Below the pieces are notes generated by a model that was not told the origin of the DNA, searched no databases, and was given only the letters and a program-made list of their open reading frames with translations. Shown piece by piece: positions 19,757 through 32,796 of a stretch of DNA of 64,000 bases (position 1 is the stretch's first letter; every line of letters begins with the position of its first letter). The stretch comes from Nitrospirota bacterium (lineage in GTDB: Bacteria; Nitrospirota; Thermodesulfovibrionia; Thermodesulfovibrionales; Dissulfurispiraceae), in NCBI GenBank assembly GCA_040754455.1, contig JBFMCP010000016.1, positions 1 to 64,000 on the forward strand, written 5' to 3'. Both the position numbers and the translations under genes were made by a program.

Positions 19757-20764
19757 TTACTTGCACATCAAACCGTTACACATATCGACAATTTTCTGCA
19801 CAATCCTTCGTGCACCCTGACCATCAACAACACAGCGTCCTCTCGTCGAAATCGTCCTCCGTATCATCCCGTCTCTCAATAATTCTAAACTGTTTTTAAC
19901 ATTTTCCAACACCTCTTTATCCCCCCACCAACCTGCGTATTCGATACTCCCCGCCTGCTGCCACCCCCTGACGTTATTCACCTGATTATCAGCAACCGCT
20001 ATTGCTATGGTCGGCACGCCAACTCGTGCGAGTTCAGCCAGTGTCTGTCCGCCGCCGGATAGTGCGATGTCAGATGCACACATCACTGTTTTCATCTCTT
20101 CTGCATCGGGGAAGTATACCAGCTCGACACGGTCATTCTGCAGATGTTCTATTTCCCCGCGGTTCCGGAATCCGCTGCCTATCACTACCGTTTTGAGCGC
20201 TTCCGGATACTGTTCGTTGAGAAGCCGTAAAACCTTCGGCGTCATATTTCTCCTATCGTCACCGCCAAAGGTTATCAAAATGCGCTCGATGTGCTGCCCG
20301 ACAGCCTTTTCGGGGAGATCCCAGAACTCCTTCCTGAGCGGAATGTATTTGCTGCCCAGTAAATAGGTAGTCTCTCTCCGCTCCGGGTATCTCAATTCAT
20401 CAGCATTTATTGAGCCGTTCAAAACGATGCCTTTGGGATAATCAAGTCTTTTATAATCATCCAGATAGACGGCAACTTTCGCCAGCTCGGACACCTTGCA
20501 GTAAAGGTCGGCATCGGCCATATAGGAATCGACGATCACGGCATCGGCCCCTCTGAAGAGAGCATACACTTCCTCCCGGTGTGTCAGCCAGTCTTTAAAG
20601 CGGAGACTGCCACATGGTTGCAGTCGCTTGATGCACTCATCCCCATTGACGATGAATTCCGGCACGATCCCCTGCTCCCCGAACGCCTGACACAGGGAGG
20701 TGCATCGCGTTATGTGACCGAGCCCTCTCTCGATGCCGCCCTCAGTGAGTATGTAGAGCCTCAT
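19757..20764 (-). CDS. pseG: UDP-2,4-diacetamido-sugar hydrolase PseG/SpsG
   Basis: GLGHITRC, VDSY, TFGGDD, GGQT..EL..G.P and ADNQ motifs. Confidence 0.85.
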   Translation of the reverse strand: MRLYILTEGGIERGLGHITRCTSLCQAFGEQGIVPEFIVNGDECIKRLQPCGSLRFKDWLTHREEVYALFRGADAVIVDSYMADADLYCKVSELAKVAVYLDDYKRLDYPKGIVLNGSINADELRYPERRETTYLLGSKYIPLRKEFWDLPEKAVGQHIERILITFGGDDRRNMTPKVLRLLNEQYPEALKTVVIGSGFRNRGEIEHLQNDRVELVYFPDAEEMKTVMCASDIALSGGGQTLAELARVGVPTIAIAVADNQVNNVRGWQQAGSIEYAGWWGDKEVLENVKNSLELLRDGMIRRTISTRGRCVVDGQGARRIVQKIVDMCNGLMCK

Positions 20765-21411
20765 AGGTCTGTGTAAATGCCTTCCTTGCTCAGCAGGGAA
20801 AGGACAAAGACATTGCCGAGGGTAATATTCTTAAACGACTTCTCATCGTGATTGATGGCAATGGCCGACAGTTCAATATACGATCCGGTTGATAGAAATA
20901 TATCTTTGTACCTCAGCTTATACGTATAGACCTCTCTGTCTTCTATATGGTGATATCGTCGCTTAACAGGGAAGGGAGTCTGGAAGTCTCCAATGACCAG
21001 CTTCCCCCCTGCTCGCAAGGATCTATCGATATTCGAGGCACTTAGAAGCAGATTCTTCCTGTCAATCCAGTGGAATACGCTCTGAACAATCACAATGTCG
21101 AACATCTCGTCAAAGTCGATATCCTTGAGCGCCCGCGGATAAAAATGCATATAGGGGAATCTCGTCTTTCCGTCTTCCACTGCCTTTTTCGAAGGCTCGA
21201 CGGCATGGACCTCACAGCCGTATTTTTCATAGATGCGGGCAAGCCGGTAGCCGTTCGCCGCCCCGACCTCGAGTACTTTGACATCGGGGGAAAGTATGCC
21301 GTACAGCTCCAAAAGGAAAATGACATAATCATCGTGAGGCGTGAGCAGCCCGCTATTTCGTTCGAACCACCTGTCGCCTTCGTAGCACTCAAAGATCTCG
21401 TCCTGTTCCAT
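20761..21411 (-). CDS. class I SAM-dependent methyltransferase
   Basis: EGDRWFERN, VLEVGAANG and VEPS motifs. Confidence 0.8.
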   Translation of the reverse strand: MEQDEIFECYEGDRWFERNSGLLTPHDDYVIFLLELYGILSPDVKVLEVGAANGYRLARIYEKYGCEVHAVEPSKKAVEDGKTRFPYMHFYPRALKDIDFDEMFDIVIVQSVFHWIDRKNLLLSASNIDRSLRAGGKLVIGDFQTPFPVKRRYHHIEDREVYTYKLRYKDIFLSTGSYIELSAIAINHDEKSFKNITLGNVFVLSLLSKEGIYTDL

Positions 21412-21414
21412 TCC

Positions 21415-23457
21415 CTATACTCTCCTGAAGACAGGCTCCAACAGGCTGCCCTCAATCAGATCATCAAGCATATCGTAGGCAAGGCCGTAGTTAAGAATAT
21501 CCATAACCTCGCTGTACACACGCAGCGTATTTTTTATGACAGCGTCGGTATGGGGGAGCGCCACATTGTGCCCCGCGGTAAAGAGGACTCCACGCTTCGC
21601 GCACTCTTGCTGAAAAAGCGTCTTCATTTTTAGGCCCTGGCGCTCTTCGCCCCTGAACCCCAAGACCATCCGCACAGGATAGCCATCGATCGACAACATA
21701 CGGTCGAGCCCTTTCTCGTCAATAAGCTGTCTGATGCCTCTCTTGAGGGTCTCCCCCTGCTTCCAGAGATATTTCGTGATCCTCCTCGCGCTCATGTACC
21801 GAATGGTCGCGAGGGCAGCGGCCAAGGAGCCGGTCTCACCGCCAAAGGTGAATGAAAAAAATATTTCATCAAAAAGCCTCATCAGCTCTGTCCTGCCGAC
21901 AATCGCCGATATCGGCATGCCGTTCCCCATCGCCTTTCCGAAACATGCAATATCGGGGATGACGCCGAAAAACTTCTGGGCTCCACCCATGGAAAATCTG
22001 AAACCGGTGACAACCTCGTCAAAAACAAGCAGTGATCCATTAGTACGTGTCAGTTCCTTCACCTTATTCAAGAAATCATTCTCGGGAGGCTCGAGGCTGA
22101 CAGGCTCCATAATCACGCAGGCTATCTTGTTTTTGTAGTGCTCAAACAATGTTTCCAAACTTGCCACATTGTTATACTGGAACGTCAGTGTCAGCTTTTT
22201 CACATCTTCCGGAATCCCTTTGCTCCTCGTTGTCGTCGCGATATACCAGTCCTGCCACCCATGGTAGCCGCAGCATGCTATATAATCCCTTCCCGTATAT
22301 GCCCTTGCCAGCCTTACTGCCGCCGATGTTACGTCAGACCCGTTCTTTCCGAATCTCACCATCTCGGCACACGGAATCATTCGCGTCAGCAGTTCGGCAA
22401 GCTCGTATTCGAGATAATGGGGAAGTGTATACGCACTTCCTTTCCTCATGTGTCTGTACGTATCTTTCGTTACAGGCTCAAATCCATATCCCAGAATACA
22501 CGCACCGAGCCCCATGGTGTAATCAATGAACGTATTCCCATCGAGGTCGGTAAGGTTGCAGCCTTTGCCTTCTTTGACGAAAAGAGGAGCTGCCCCCACG
22601 CTGAACTGGAGGTATGACTTGCTGAAGGTCTGAGAGCAATTGGGTATCAGCCGCTTCACCTTCTCGAAGTGGGCGATGGTCTTTTTGAGCACAAGCGGCT
22701 TTCCTTTGAGACCTCTGATAAACTCCCTATCCTCGCGCAGTGACTTCTGGTACCCCTCATTCGGAGTGATGTGACTTGTTCTCTCCATGATTTGTGGTTC
22801 TTTTTTTAAAAGATTCACCACGTCTCTATAAGTGAAATCGTCAGTGCCCAATCTACCCAGAAGGTAATTAAGGACCTCTGCGTCCACTTCGTAGTCGAGG
22901 CTCAGATGGACTGATGAGAGGTCCTCATCACCATAGGGAAGCGTTACAACGGTAAAACGCTTCGATTTTCTTATATACGGGGTCACATGCTCTCGTTCCG
23001 ACGGCAGTTTTGCCCGCATAGCCGCATCGAGGATCGCTCTGCCGCTCATCACCTCGACATCAAACCCATCGATCATATTCGAAAAGGAAAGATAGTCGGC
23101 GCGCAGCTCATGAAACCGCACGAGGGCCTCGTTCACTACACAGCCATCGGTGAGAACACAATCTCCGGTGATCCTTACAACCGTGTCCAAGCGATAGGTG
23201 CGCACTGCCTTGGCGTACCGCTCAAGCACATCGTCGACGTCTCCCCTGACCACCTTCCACTTTTTTGCTCGAGCGATCGCGGCGAGTGTGTCATCGCTCT
23301 TACGGTTCGATGTCGCCAGAATTTTATAATCAACTTCGATCCGGTTGCACCTGTCGAGAACCCACTCAATCGCCGTCTTTCCCTGAAGGACACAGAGCAT
23401 CTTCTGTGGATACCTTGTCGAACCGTTCCTGGCCTGCACAATAACCGCGCTCTTCAT
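21415..23457 (-). CDS. fusion of SpsF/PseF-like cytidylyltransferase and class-III (GSA-like) PLP aminotransferase
   Basis: N-terminal IVQARNGSTRYPQK, RITGDC and REHVTPY; C-terminal GSDVTSAAVR, YHGWQDW, FDEVVTGFR and FGKAMGNG. Confidence 0.88.
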   Translation of the reverse strand: MKSAVIVQARNGSTRYPQKMLCVLQGKTAIEWVLDRCNRIEVDYKILATSNRKSDDTLAAIARAKKWKVVRGDVDDVLERYAKAVRTYRLDTVVRITGDCVLTDGCVVNEALVRFHELRADYLSFSNMIDGFDVEVMSGRAILDAAMRAKLPSEREHVTPYIRKSKRFTVVTLPYGDEDLSSVHLSLDYEVDAEVLNYLLGRLGTDDFTYRDVVNLLKKEPQIMERTSHITPNEGYQKSLREDREFIRGLKGKPLVLKKTIAHFEKVKRLIPNCSQTFSKSYLQFSVGAAPLFVKEGKGCNLTDLDGNTFIDYTMGLGACILGYGFEPVTKDTYRHMRKGSAYTLPHYLEYELAELLTRMIPCAEMVRFGKNGSDVTSAAVRLARAYTGRDYIACCGYHGWQDWYIATTTRSKGIPEDVKKLTLTFQYNNVASLETLFEHYKNKIACVIMEPVSLEPPENDFLNKVKELTRTNGSLLVFDEVVTGFRFSMGGAQKFFGVIPDIACFGKAMGNGMPISAIVGRTELMRLFDEIFFSFTFGGETGSLAAALATIRYMSARRITKYLWKQGETLKRGIRQLIDEKGLDRMLSIDGYPVRMVLGFRGEERQGLKMKTLFQQECAKRGVLFTAGHNVALPHTDAVIKNTLRVYSEVMDILNYGLAYDMLDDLIEGSLLEPVFRRV

Positions 23458-24347
23458 GCACACACCTTCCATCGATAAGGTAAAATGATATCCTCATCAT
23501 GTATTTCAAGATCATACAAAGCGGTGCTCACACATGTAAACTTTTGACGATGAGTATCCGAAAAACATTCCGTGTTACTGACAAAATGATCTCTGCCGTC
23601 GACGCCCAGAATGATGCCGTCTAGGCATTCCTTCTCAGCGACAAACAAAAGGGCTAAACACTCCCGGCTGAGGTGGTGTTCTTTTGAAAGTTGTGCAATT
23701 TTCCGGACGTTCTCCCTCACCTTTACAAAATTACCCTCAAGCCCGTCCGCATCCAAAAAAAACAACCCCTGCAAAAAAACCGATCTCGCAAACAAGATAG
23801 CCCCATCATCCTTGAGCTCTCGCAGCAAATCACCCTTGAGAAACCTCTGATCGAAGAGATTCAAGGGAAATTCGAGAGCAAAATTGCCGTTGATTGCCGT
23901 CCTTATTCTTTCTGCTTCAGATGGATGATATACCGAGACGCCGTAGTGCCCGATCACGCCGTCCCTGCTGAGCGATTGAAGTACCGGGAGTATCGTCTGT
24001 CCGTAGCGTTCATAGGTCTCGAAGGAATGTACAAGCAGCACATCGAGGAATGAGATGTTCATATTCTTTAATGAATCGAAAATCTCCTCCTCGACGTCCC
24101 GTGCACTCTTGTACTCCCTGTGCGGAAGCTTATCGATCACCTTGAATGTCTTCCCATAGCGCGCAAAGAAGTCTCCGACGACCTGTTCAGCGTCACCGTA
24201 TGCCTTTGCCGTATCCACTCCCCACACCCCGTGGGCGCGAGCACACTCGAGGATACTGAGCGCCTCGCCCCTGTCCAATTTCTTGTGGCGGGCAATCCCG
24301 TAGGGCAATCCGAAATTTGCAGTACCGACGATCAGTTTATACATCAT
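23454..24347 (-). CDS. aldo/keto reductase
   Basis: GTANFGLPYG, DTAKAYG, GVSVY and ARSVFLQG motifs. Confidence 0.88.
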   Translation of the reverse strand: MMYKLIVGTANFGLPYGIARHKKLDRGEALSILECARAHGVWGVDTAKAYGDAEQVVGDFFARYGKTFKVIDKLPHREYKSARDVEEEIFDSLKNMNISFLDVLLVHSFETYERYGQTILPVLQSLSRDGVIGHYGVSVYHPSEAERIRTAINGNFALEFPLNLFDQRFLKGDLLRELKDDGAILFARSVFLQGLFFLDADGLEGNFVKVRENVRKIAQLSKEHHLSRECLALLFVAEKECLDGIILGVDGRDHFVSNTECFSDTHRQKFTCVSTALYDLEIHDEDIILPYRWKVCA

Positions 24348-25543
24348 AGCGCTTCGAACACCTCACCGAGACGATCGATCACGTGTTCTACGTCACTGCT
24401 ACTCATAGAAGGGTAGAGCGGGATGCTTATTTCGCTTTGATAAAAATCCTCCGCTGAAGGACATGTGCCCTTCCTATAGCCGAGTTCCTTGTAGTATGGC
24501 TGCACATAGACAGGGATATAGTGTACCTGGACCCCTAGCCCCCTCTGTCGCAGCAACGTGAAGACCTCCTGTTTTTTCTCGCGGCATTTGCCCCGCAGTC
24601 GTAGAGGATAAAGGTGATAGGACGAAAATGCATATGCCCGCTCGGGAGGGAGATCAAAGTGAGGATTACCCCTGAACGACTCATGATAACGCCCTGCAAT
24701 ACCTCTTCGCTTTTCGACAAAGGCGTCGAGCTTATTGAGTTGTGAAGTTCCGAGCGCAGCCTGAAAGTCAGTCATGCGATAGTTATACCCCGGGAACCGC
24801 ATCTCATAATACCATGCACCATCGGGAGGGGTCGTGCAATGCTCTCTCGTGATGCCGTGCGTCCTGAACTGCCTCAGCTTTTTATACAGTTCATTGTTGT
24901 TAGTGAGCACTGCGCCACCCTCCCCTGTCGTAATGTGCTTAACTGGATGAAAGCTGAATATTGTCATATCGGAATAGGTACATCTACCGATAGGTTCTCC
25001 TTGGTAGCGTGCTCCCATTGCATGGCACGCATCCTCAATCACCATGAGTTTACGGCTTCGGGCAATAGTATGAATTTTTTCCATATCTGCCGGATGCCCC
25101 GCATAGTGCACAGGGACTATCAATTTCGTTCTGGATGTTACCGCGGAATCGATGAGTTCAGTATTTATATTTGCGGTATCCGGCTCAACGTCTACAAAAA
25201 CAGGCCGTGCTCCAACATAGAGTGCGGCATTTGCAGTGGCGACAAAGGTTATAGGCGAAGTAATTACCTCGTCACCATGCCCGATACCCGCGACACTATA
25301 TGCTGCGTGCAGGGCTGCAGTGCCCGAAGAAAAGACAACAGCATACCGCGCTCCTGCATATGCCGCCAATGCTGACTCGAAGGCGTCTACAGCAGGTCCC
25401 TGTGTCAAGTAGTCTGACTTAAGGATCGAGACCACCGCCGCAATATCATCATCATCTATGCACTGCCTGCTATAGGGAATCATGCAACCGTTATTCGACA
25501 GTGCTGGCTTTCCCGGCAATTGTTTGTCATTACCGATGCTCAT
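24344..25543 (-). CDS. pseC: UDP-4-amino-sugar transaminase PseC
   Basis: IPYSRQ, LTQGP, FSFHPVKHITTGEGG, NYRMTD and QVHYIP motifs. Alternative start at 25483. Confidence 0.93.
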   Translation of the reverse strand: MSIGNDKQLPGKPALSNNGCMIPYSRQCIDDDDIAAVVSILKSDYLTQGPAVDAFESALAAYAGARYAVVFSSGTAALHAAYSVAGIGHGDEVITSPITFVATANAALYVGARPVFVDVEPDTANINTELIDSAVTSRTKLIVPVHYAGHPADMEKIHTIARSRKLMVIEDACHAMGARYQGEPIGRCTYSDMTIFSFHPVKHITTGEGGAVLTNNNELYKKLRQFRTHGITREHCTTPPDGAWYYEMRFPGYNYRMTDFQAALGTSQLNKLDAFVEKRRGIAGRYHESFRGNPHFDLPPERAYAFSSYHLYPLRLRGKCREKKQEVFTLLRQRGLGVQVHYIPVYVQPYYKELGYRKGTCPSAEDFYQSEISIPLYPSMSSSDVEHVIDRLGEVFEAL

Positions 25544-26538
25544 CGTACCGCGCGGCGATCGATCGGAACGTTCCCGATGATCTTTTTAATTTCGGCGACG
25601 GTGAGCCACCGATCATTCCTGTCGCTGCTGTAAATAAATCCCTCTCGGACCTTTTTTGATTTTTTGGAATTGATTTCTCTGCCCGAGGCAGAGGAATAGA
25701 TGACAAAATGATCTCCTCGATCGTACGTATGCCGCGCTTCGTCCTCGGAAATCAGCGTCTCGTGCAGTTTTTCTCCGGGCCTGATACCGATGATATCTAT
25801 TTTACACTTCGGGCCTATTGCCTCACATATATCCATTATTTTTGCCGAAGGGATACGGGGAATAAATATCTCTCCGCCTTTCATTAATCTGAGTCCTTTA
25901 AGTACCAGCCCCACCCCTTCGTCGAGGGTTATCCAGAAACGCGTCATTCGTTTATCGGTAACAGTTAGTGTTCCCTTTTCCTTCTGCTTGAGGAACAGGG
26001 GGATGACGCTTCCCCTGCTCCCCACGACATTGCCGTATCTCACCACGCTGAAGCGCGTCGCGTGCGTTCCTGCATAGGCATTGGCAGCAATAAACAGTTT
26101 CTCCATGCAGAGCTTGGTCGCACCGTACAAGTTGGCAGGCCCAACAGCTTTATCGGTACTCAGAACGATGATCTTTTTTACCCCCTTGTCGATTGCCGCA
26201 TTGATAATGTTCTGGGCACCAATAATGTTGGTCTGTACTGCCTCGAAAGGGTTATATTCCAGTGCCGGCACCTGCTTGAGCGCCGCGGCATGGACAACAA
26301 CATCGACGCCCTCAAACGCACGGTAAAGCCGCTCCTTATCCCTGATATCACCAAGAAAGTATCTCATCGACGGATATCTCCGCTCACTGAAAATCTGCTG
26401 CATCTCAAACTGCTTCAGCTCATCCCTGCTGAAAACAATAAGCTTCGAGGGTTTGTAGCGCTTCAATACATTATCGATAAATTTCTTTCCGAACGACCCG
26501 GTACCACCGGTCACCAGCACTACTTTTCCATCAAGCAT
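25540..26538 (-). CDS. pseB: UDP-GlcNAc 4,6-dehydratase (inverting) PseB
   Basis: TGGTGSFG, SRDELKQ, AALKQVP, YGATK, RYGNVVGSRGSV and GIRPGEKLHE motifs. Confidence 0.95.
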   Translation of the reverse strand: MLDGKVVLVTGGTGSFGKKFIDNVLKRYKPSKLIVFSRDELKQFEMQQIFSERRYPSMRYFLGDIRDKERLYRAFEGVDVVVHAAALKQVPALEYNPFEAVQTNIIGAQNIINAAIDKGVKKIIVLSTDKAVGPANLYGATKLCMEKLFIAANAYAGTHATRFSVVRYGNVVGSRGSVIPLFLKQKEKGTLTVTDKRMTRFWITLDEGVGLVLKGLRLMKGGEIFIPRIPSAKIMDICEAIGPKCKIDIIGIRPGEKLHETLISEDEARHTYDRGDHFVIYSSASGREINSKKSKKVREGFIYSSDRNDRWLTVAEIKKIIGNVPIDRRAVR

Positions 26539-26731
26539 ACCGATCTCCTCAATTACAGATGACGCCCTATTATTCTTTCAGGATACGGTATGAAGCAATT
26601 ATTGTACCCACATAAAGAATTGATCTAAGGACCTGATAATACGAGATACTTTAAAGCTTCGCGTATCCCTTTTTTCCCATTCCCGCTGACACCCGGCAAA
26701 AGTTTCCCTGTCATAATTTTGACTAATTACA

Positions 26732-26759
26732 TTATCGGACTATGTGGAAGGTAGCTTTA
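26732..26759 (-). promoter_or_regulatory. putative sigma28 promoter of the pse locus
   Basis: Minus strand TAAA-N16-TCCGATAA, about 190 nt upstream of pseB; spacing is one base off consensus. Confidence 0.5.
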
Positions 26760-26778
26760 AAAAATGGACAAAACAGCT

Positions 26779-28863
<2,085 letters not shown>

Positions 28864-28931
28864 CTAAACAAAAGCAAATTCTAAGGAATTCTTTCCATCC
28901 GCTTAGAATTTCGTGCTTCGAATTTCGAATC

Positions 28932-29420
28932 TTATATCCTTTGCTCTATTGTTTCGACAAGAAACCTCAATGCTTCGAGAGATGCCTTCTCTTTGATCTC
29001 TGCCCTGCTCCCTGAAAGCTGCAACCTTCTGGAAAGGGTCGCTCCCTCCCTGCATACAGCAATATAAACAAGCCCCTTCTCCTTGTTCTCCAAAACATCG
29101 GGGCCGAGATTTCCGGTGGTTGCAAGCGCATACTCTGTCCGGGCGATTACCCTCGCTCGTTGTGCCATCGCCTGCGCCGTTTCCTCACTGACGACGCCGT
29201 ATGCGGAAAGCACAACAGGGGGCACTCCGAGTACTCTCTCCTTTATTTCAGTCGCATAGGTGACAAACCCTGCCTTAAAGAACAAGCTTGCGCCCGGAAG
29301 GGCGGTAATATAATGGCTGACGAGTCCGCCGGTGCATGACTCTGCAACCGCAAGCGTCAGGCCCCTTTGTTTACAGTGCGCATGCAATGCTCCGACGACC
29401 TCTAATATTGCTTGTTCCAT
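28932..29420 (-). CDS. cinA: CinA C-terminal/PncC-family NMN deamidase
   Basis: AVAESCTGG, GVVSEETA.AMA and TTGNLGP motifs. Confidence 0.88.
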   Translation of the reverse strand: MEQAILEVVGALHAHCKQRGLTLAVAESCTGGLVSHYITALPGASLFFKAGFVTYATEIKERVLGVPPVVLSAYGVVSEETAQAMAQRARVIARTEYALATTGNLGPDVLENKEKGLVYIAVCREGATLSRRLQLSGSRAEIKEKASLEALRFLVETIEQRI

Positions 29421-29650
29421 GTGTAGCAATCAGGTGCTGCAAGGGTTCATTCAGAAAGCCGCTGTATTATTATAGTATGCCCACAACTATACTACAAGGA
29501 AGCGCTCAGCTAACGGCTGAGCGTTTCCTTGCTTTTCAACGTTTGACAAGGAGAGGGAAATGCGATACCCTTGAAATGAGGAAGAAAGTTATCTTCCGTT
29601 TGCCTGCACAATTCACGTACCCTTCATACGCACGGCCAAAGGGAGGGCAT

Positions 29651-30598
29651 ATGGCAACGATCGTCACATTGACAATGAACCCGGCCCTCGACAAGAGCAC
29701 CGCCGTTGACCGGGTGGTAGCGGAAAGGAAGTTGCGCTGCAGTGAGCCGCACACTGAGCCCGGCGGTGGCGGTGTAAATGTTTCACGTGCATTGCACCGG
29801 CTCGGCGGCAATTCCGCAGCCATCTACCCTGCAGGCGGACCAGCCGGGGAGCGACTGCAGCTGCTGTTGAAGGAGGAAGGTATTACCTATTTTACTGTTC
29901 CTGTTAAAGGTGAAACCCGTGAGAATCTGATCGTCTTCGAGGAGACCAGCACCCAACAGTACCGTTTCGGAATGCCCGGACCGGTGCTTTCCGATGACGA
30001 GTGGCAAAGGTGTATTGCCCGGATCTCGTCGTTCAGCCCTGTTCCGGACTATATTGTCGCCAGCGGCAGTCTGCCGCGCGGCGTGCCCCCGGATTTTTAC
30101 GCCGAAGTAGCACGAACCGCAAAGGTACTCGGAAGCAAGATGGTTCTCGACGCACCGGCAGATGCCCTTTGCCCGGCTGTTGAGGAAGGGGTCTTCATGA
30201 TCAAGCCCAATCTCCATGAGCTCGAGGAGATCACCGGACAGAAGATCAGTAGCGCCTCCGAACAGGAGGATGCCGCGCGCGAAATACTACGTAAAGGTAC
30301 CTGCAGCATTATAGTGCTCTCTCTCGGTGCGGAAGGGGCGCTGCTGGTGACCGGTGAAACGAGTGAACGCATCCGGGCACCCGCAGTGCCGGTAAGGAGC
30401 AAAGTCGGCGCAGGAGACAGCATGGTGGCCGGCATCGTGCTCAGCCTTGCGATGGGGCGTTCACTGCACGATGCCGTCGTTTACGGCGTCGCTGCCGGTG
30501 CTGCGGCAGTCATGACTTCCGGTACCGAGCTCTGTCGCCGTGAGGATACAGAACGGTTGTTCGAGAGCATGTTGGAACGTGAGCATGCTCTCGCCTGA
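29651..30598 (+). CDS. pfkB: PfkB-family (1-phosphofructokinase-like) hexose kinase
   Basis: TLTMNPALD, GGGGVNVSR, IKPN and VGAGDSMVAG motifs; start follows GGAGG. Confidence 0.9.
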   Translation: MATIVTLTMNPALDKSTAVDRVVAERKLRCSEPHTEPGGGGVNVSRALHRLGGNSAAIYPAGGPAGERLQLLLKEEGITYFTVPVKGETRENLIVFEETSTQQYRFGMPGPVLSDDEWQRCIARISSFSPVPDYIVASGSLPRGVPPDFYAEVARTAKVLGSKMVLDAPADALCPAVEEGVFMIKPNLHELEEITGQKISSASEQEDAAREILRKGTCSIIVLSLGAEGALLVTGETSERIRAPAVPVRSKVGAGDSMVAGIVLSLAMGRSLHDAVVYGVAAGAAAVMTSGTELCRREDTERLFESMLEREHALA

Positions 30599-30648
30599 AG
30601 CACTGCAGCAACTTCCACATTCGACCGCACTCGCTGAGAGGGCCGCTC

Positions 30649-32580
30649 GTGGCTGATCAACCAGAAAAAAAAGCTGGTCAGGAGGACAAGCTCAAAAGTC
30701 CGCTCTCGCGTTTTATCCTCGTATTCATTTCTGCCATACTCTTTGCCTATGTCCTCTTCTTTACAATGAAAATCCCCGGGATACCTCATCAGTATTCTCT
30801 CAGCTACAGCCAGTTCATCGAGCAGCTCAATAACGGAAACATTAAATCAGTGACCATCAAGGACCTCCAGCTGCAGGGAGAACTCATAAACAAGGTAAAT
30901 GTTACCCCTGTCGGAGAGCAGCAGAGCGTAGCGGTACAGTACTTTCAGACCTTCCTCCCCGTATTCCAGGGCGAACAGCTGTTGACCAGACTGGAGGAGA
31001 AAAACGTAGCGGTGACCGTGAAACCTTCTGAGCGCTCCTCTCTCCTCTGGCAGATACTGCTGGGCATCCTGCCGTGGGTCCTCATCATAGGCATATGGGT
31101 CATGATCATGCGTCGCACCCAGCAGGTACAGGGAGGCGCCGGCGGACTCTTCAGCTTCGGTGCAAGCAAGGCGAAACTGTATGATGTCAAAAAGCCGAGT
31201 GTCACCTTCAAGGACGTGGCAGGAATGGACAATGTGAAGCAGGAGCTGAAAGAAACCATCGAGTTTCTCAAAGAGCCCACACGGTTCAAGGTGTTCGGCG
31301 CCAAGGTCCCCAAAGGGGTCCTTCTGGTGGGCCCCCCGGGCACCGGAAAGACGCTCCTCGCACGTGCGACCGCCGGCGAGGCAGGAGTGCCCTTCTACAG
31401 CATCAGCGCTTCGGAATTCATCGAGATGTTTGTGGGTGTCGGCGCCTCCAGGGTGAGAGATATGTTCCAAAAGGCGAAGGCCGCCCAGCCCAGCATCATC
31501 TTCATCGATGAGATTGACGCAGTGGGGCGCACGAGAGGCGCGGGGCTCGGTGGCGGGCACGATGAGCGGGAGCAGACACTCAACCAGCTCCTGAGCGAAA
31601 TGGACGGATTTACACCCCATGAGGAGGTGATCGTCATGGCCGCAACCAACAGGCCCGACGTGCTCGATCCCGCATTGCTGCGGCCCGGAAGGTTCGACCG
31701 CCACATCGTCATCGACCGTCCGGGGTGGAAGGAGCGCAAGGCGATCCTCGAGGTCCATACGAGAAACAAGCGCCTTGCCGATGATGTCAATCTTGAGGTC
31801 ATCGCGCGGGGGACACCCGGCATGACCGGTGCCGACCTCGAGAACCTCGCCAATGAGGCTGCACTTATTGCAATCCGCAAGAGGAAAGACAAGATATATA
31901 TGGAAGATTTCGAAGAAGCCAGGGATATCATCCTTATGGGCGCCGTAAAGGAGGAGCCCATGAGCGATCTGGAGAAAAAGATAACGGCCTACCATGAGGC
32001 AGGGCATGCCCTCGTCGCACTCGAGCTCCCGAATACCGATCCGATCCACAAGGTCAGCATTATTCCGAGGGGAATGGCGATGGGAGTGACCCAGCTCCTG
32101 CCCGAAGAGGACCGGCACTACTATCCCCAGTCCTATCTCATCAACAAGCTCTCCGTCGCCCTTGCAGGGAGGGTAGCGGAACGGCTTGTCTTTAATGACC
32201 TGAGCACCGGCGCGCAGAACGACCTGAAAGAGGCGACCGCGCTTGCTGAAAAAATGGTGGCGCAATGGGGGATGAGCGACAAGATCGGGCCGGTAAACAT
32301 GGGAAGGGGCGAGGAGCATCCTTTCCTCGGAAGAGAGCTCGCCCAGCCGAAGCGCTACAGCGAGGAAATGGCGTGGCTCATGGATCAGGAGATACGGAGA
32401 ATACTGCATGAAGCCGAAACCAAAGCAGTGGAGGTCCTGCAGCATAATCGCTACCCCCTTGAGCAACTGGCAGAGGCGCTGATCAGGGAGGAGGTGCTCG
32501 ACCGCGAGAGTATCGACCGCATCATCAAAGAGGCAAAAGAAAGAGCGCCGCAGCAATGGGAGCCGGTCGCCAGCAGATAG
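30649..32580 (+). CDS. ftsH: ATP-dependent zinc metalloprotease FtsH
   Basis: Two TM segments, [24 protein letters not shown] and HEAGH. Confidence 0.97.
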   Translation: MADQPEKKAGQEDKLKSPLSRFILVFISAILFAYVLFFTMKIPGIPHQYSLSYSQFIEQLNNGNIKSVTIKDLQLQGELINKVNVTPVGEQQSVAVQYFQTFLPVFQGEQLLTRLEEKNVAVTVKPSERSSLLWQILLGILPWVLIIGIWVMIMRRTQQVQGGAGGLFSFGASKAKLYDVKKPSVTFKDVAGMDNVKQELKETIEFLKEPTRFKVFGAKVPKGVLLVGPPGTGKTLLARATAGEAGVPFYSISASEFIEMFVGVGASRVRDMFQKAKAAQPSIIFIDEIDAVGRTRGAGLGGGHDEREQTLNQLLSEMDGFTPHEEVIVMAATNRPDVLDPALLRPGRFDRHIVIDRPGWKERKAILEVHTRNKRLADDVNLEVIARGTPGMTGADLENLANEAALIAIRKRKDKIYMEDFEEARDIILMGAVKEEPMSDLEKKITAYHEAGHALVALELPNTDPIHKVSIIPRGMAMGVTQLLPEEDRHYYPQSYLINKLSVALAGRVAERLVFNDLSTGAQNDLKEATALAEKMVAQWGMSDKIGPVNMGRGEEHPFLGRELAQPKRYSEEMAWLMDQEIRRILHEAETKAVEVLQHNRYPLEQLAEALIREEVLDRESIDRIIKEAKERAPQQWEPVASR

Positions 32581-32796
32581 CAACAGGAGTCAGAATTCAG
32601 GAGCCAGGAGTAAGAAGCAAAAAGGCAGAGGACAAAAATCAGAAAACACAGGAAAGAAGAGAAAACCCAGGCTGAAAAGAGGCACTTTCGGCTTTTTAGC
32701 TTCAAGGTTCTTTCTTTTTTCTGTTCTCTACATTCTATTTTATTTTTCTATTCTGGATTCTAAATTCTGACTCCTGGCTTCTGGTAGTATAAAGAT

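Noticed and set aside
29336..29650. 105-aa N-terminal extension of the PfkB ORF
   Set aside because: Overlaps the divergent cinA gene and promoter region; family homology and the RBS point to 29651.
30847..32583. 578-aa antisense ORF over ftsH, and similar long shadow ORFs over ilvD, pncB, HD-GYP and GGDEF-EAL genes
   Set aside because: Antisense shadows of conserved GC-rich genes; no motifs or RBS.
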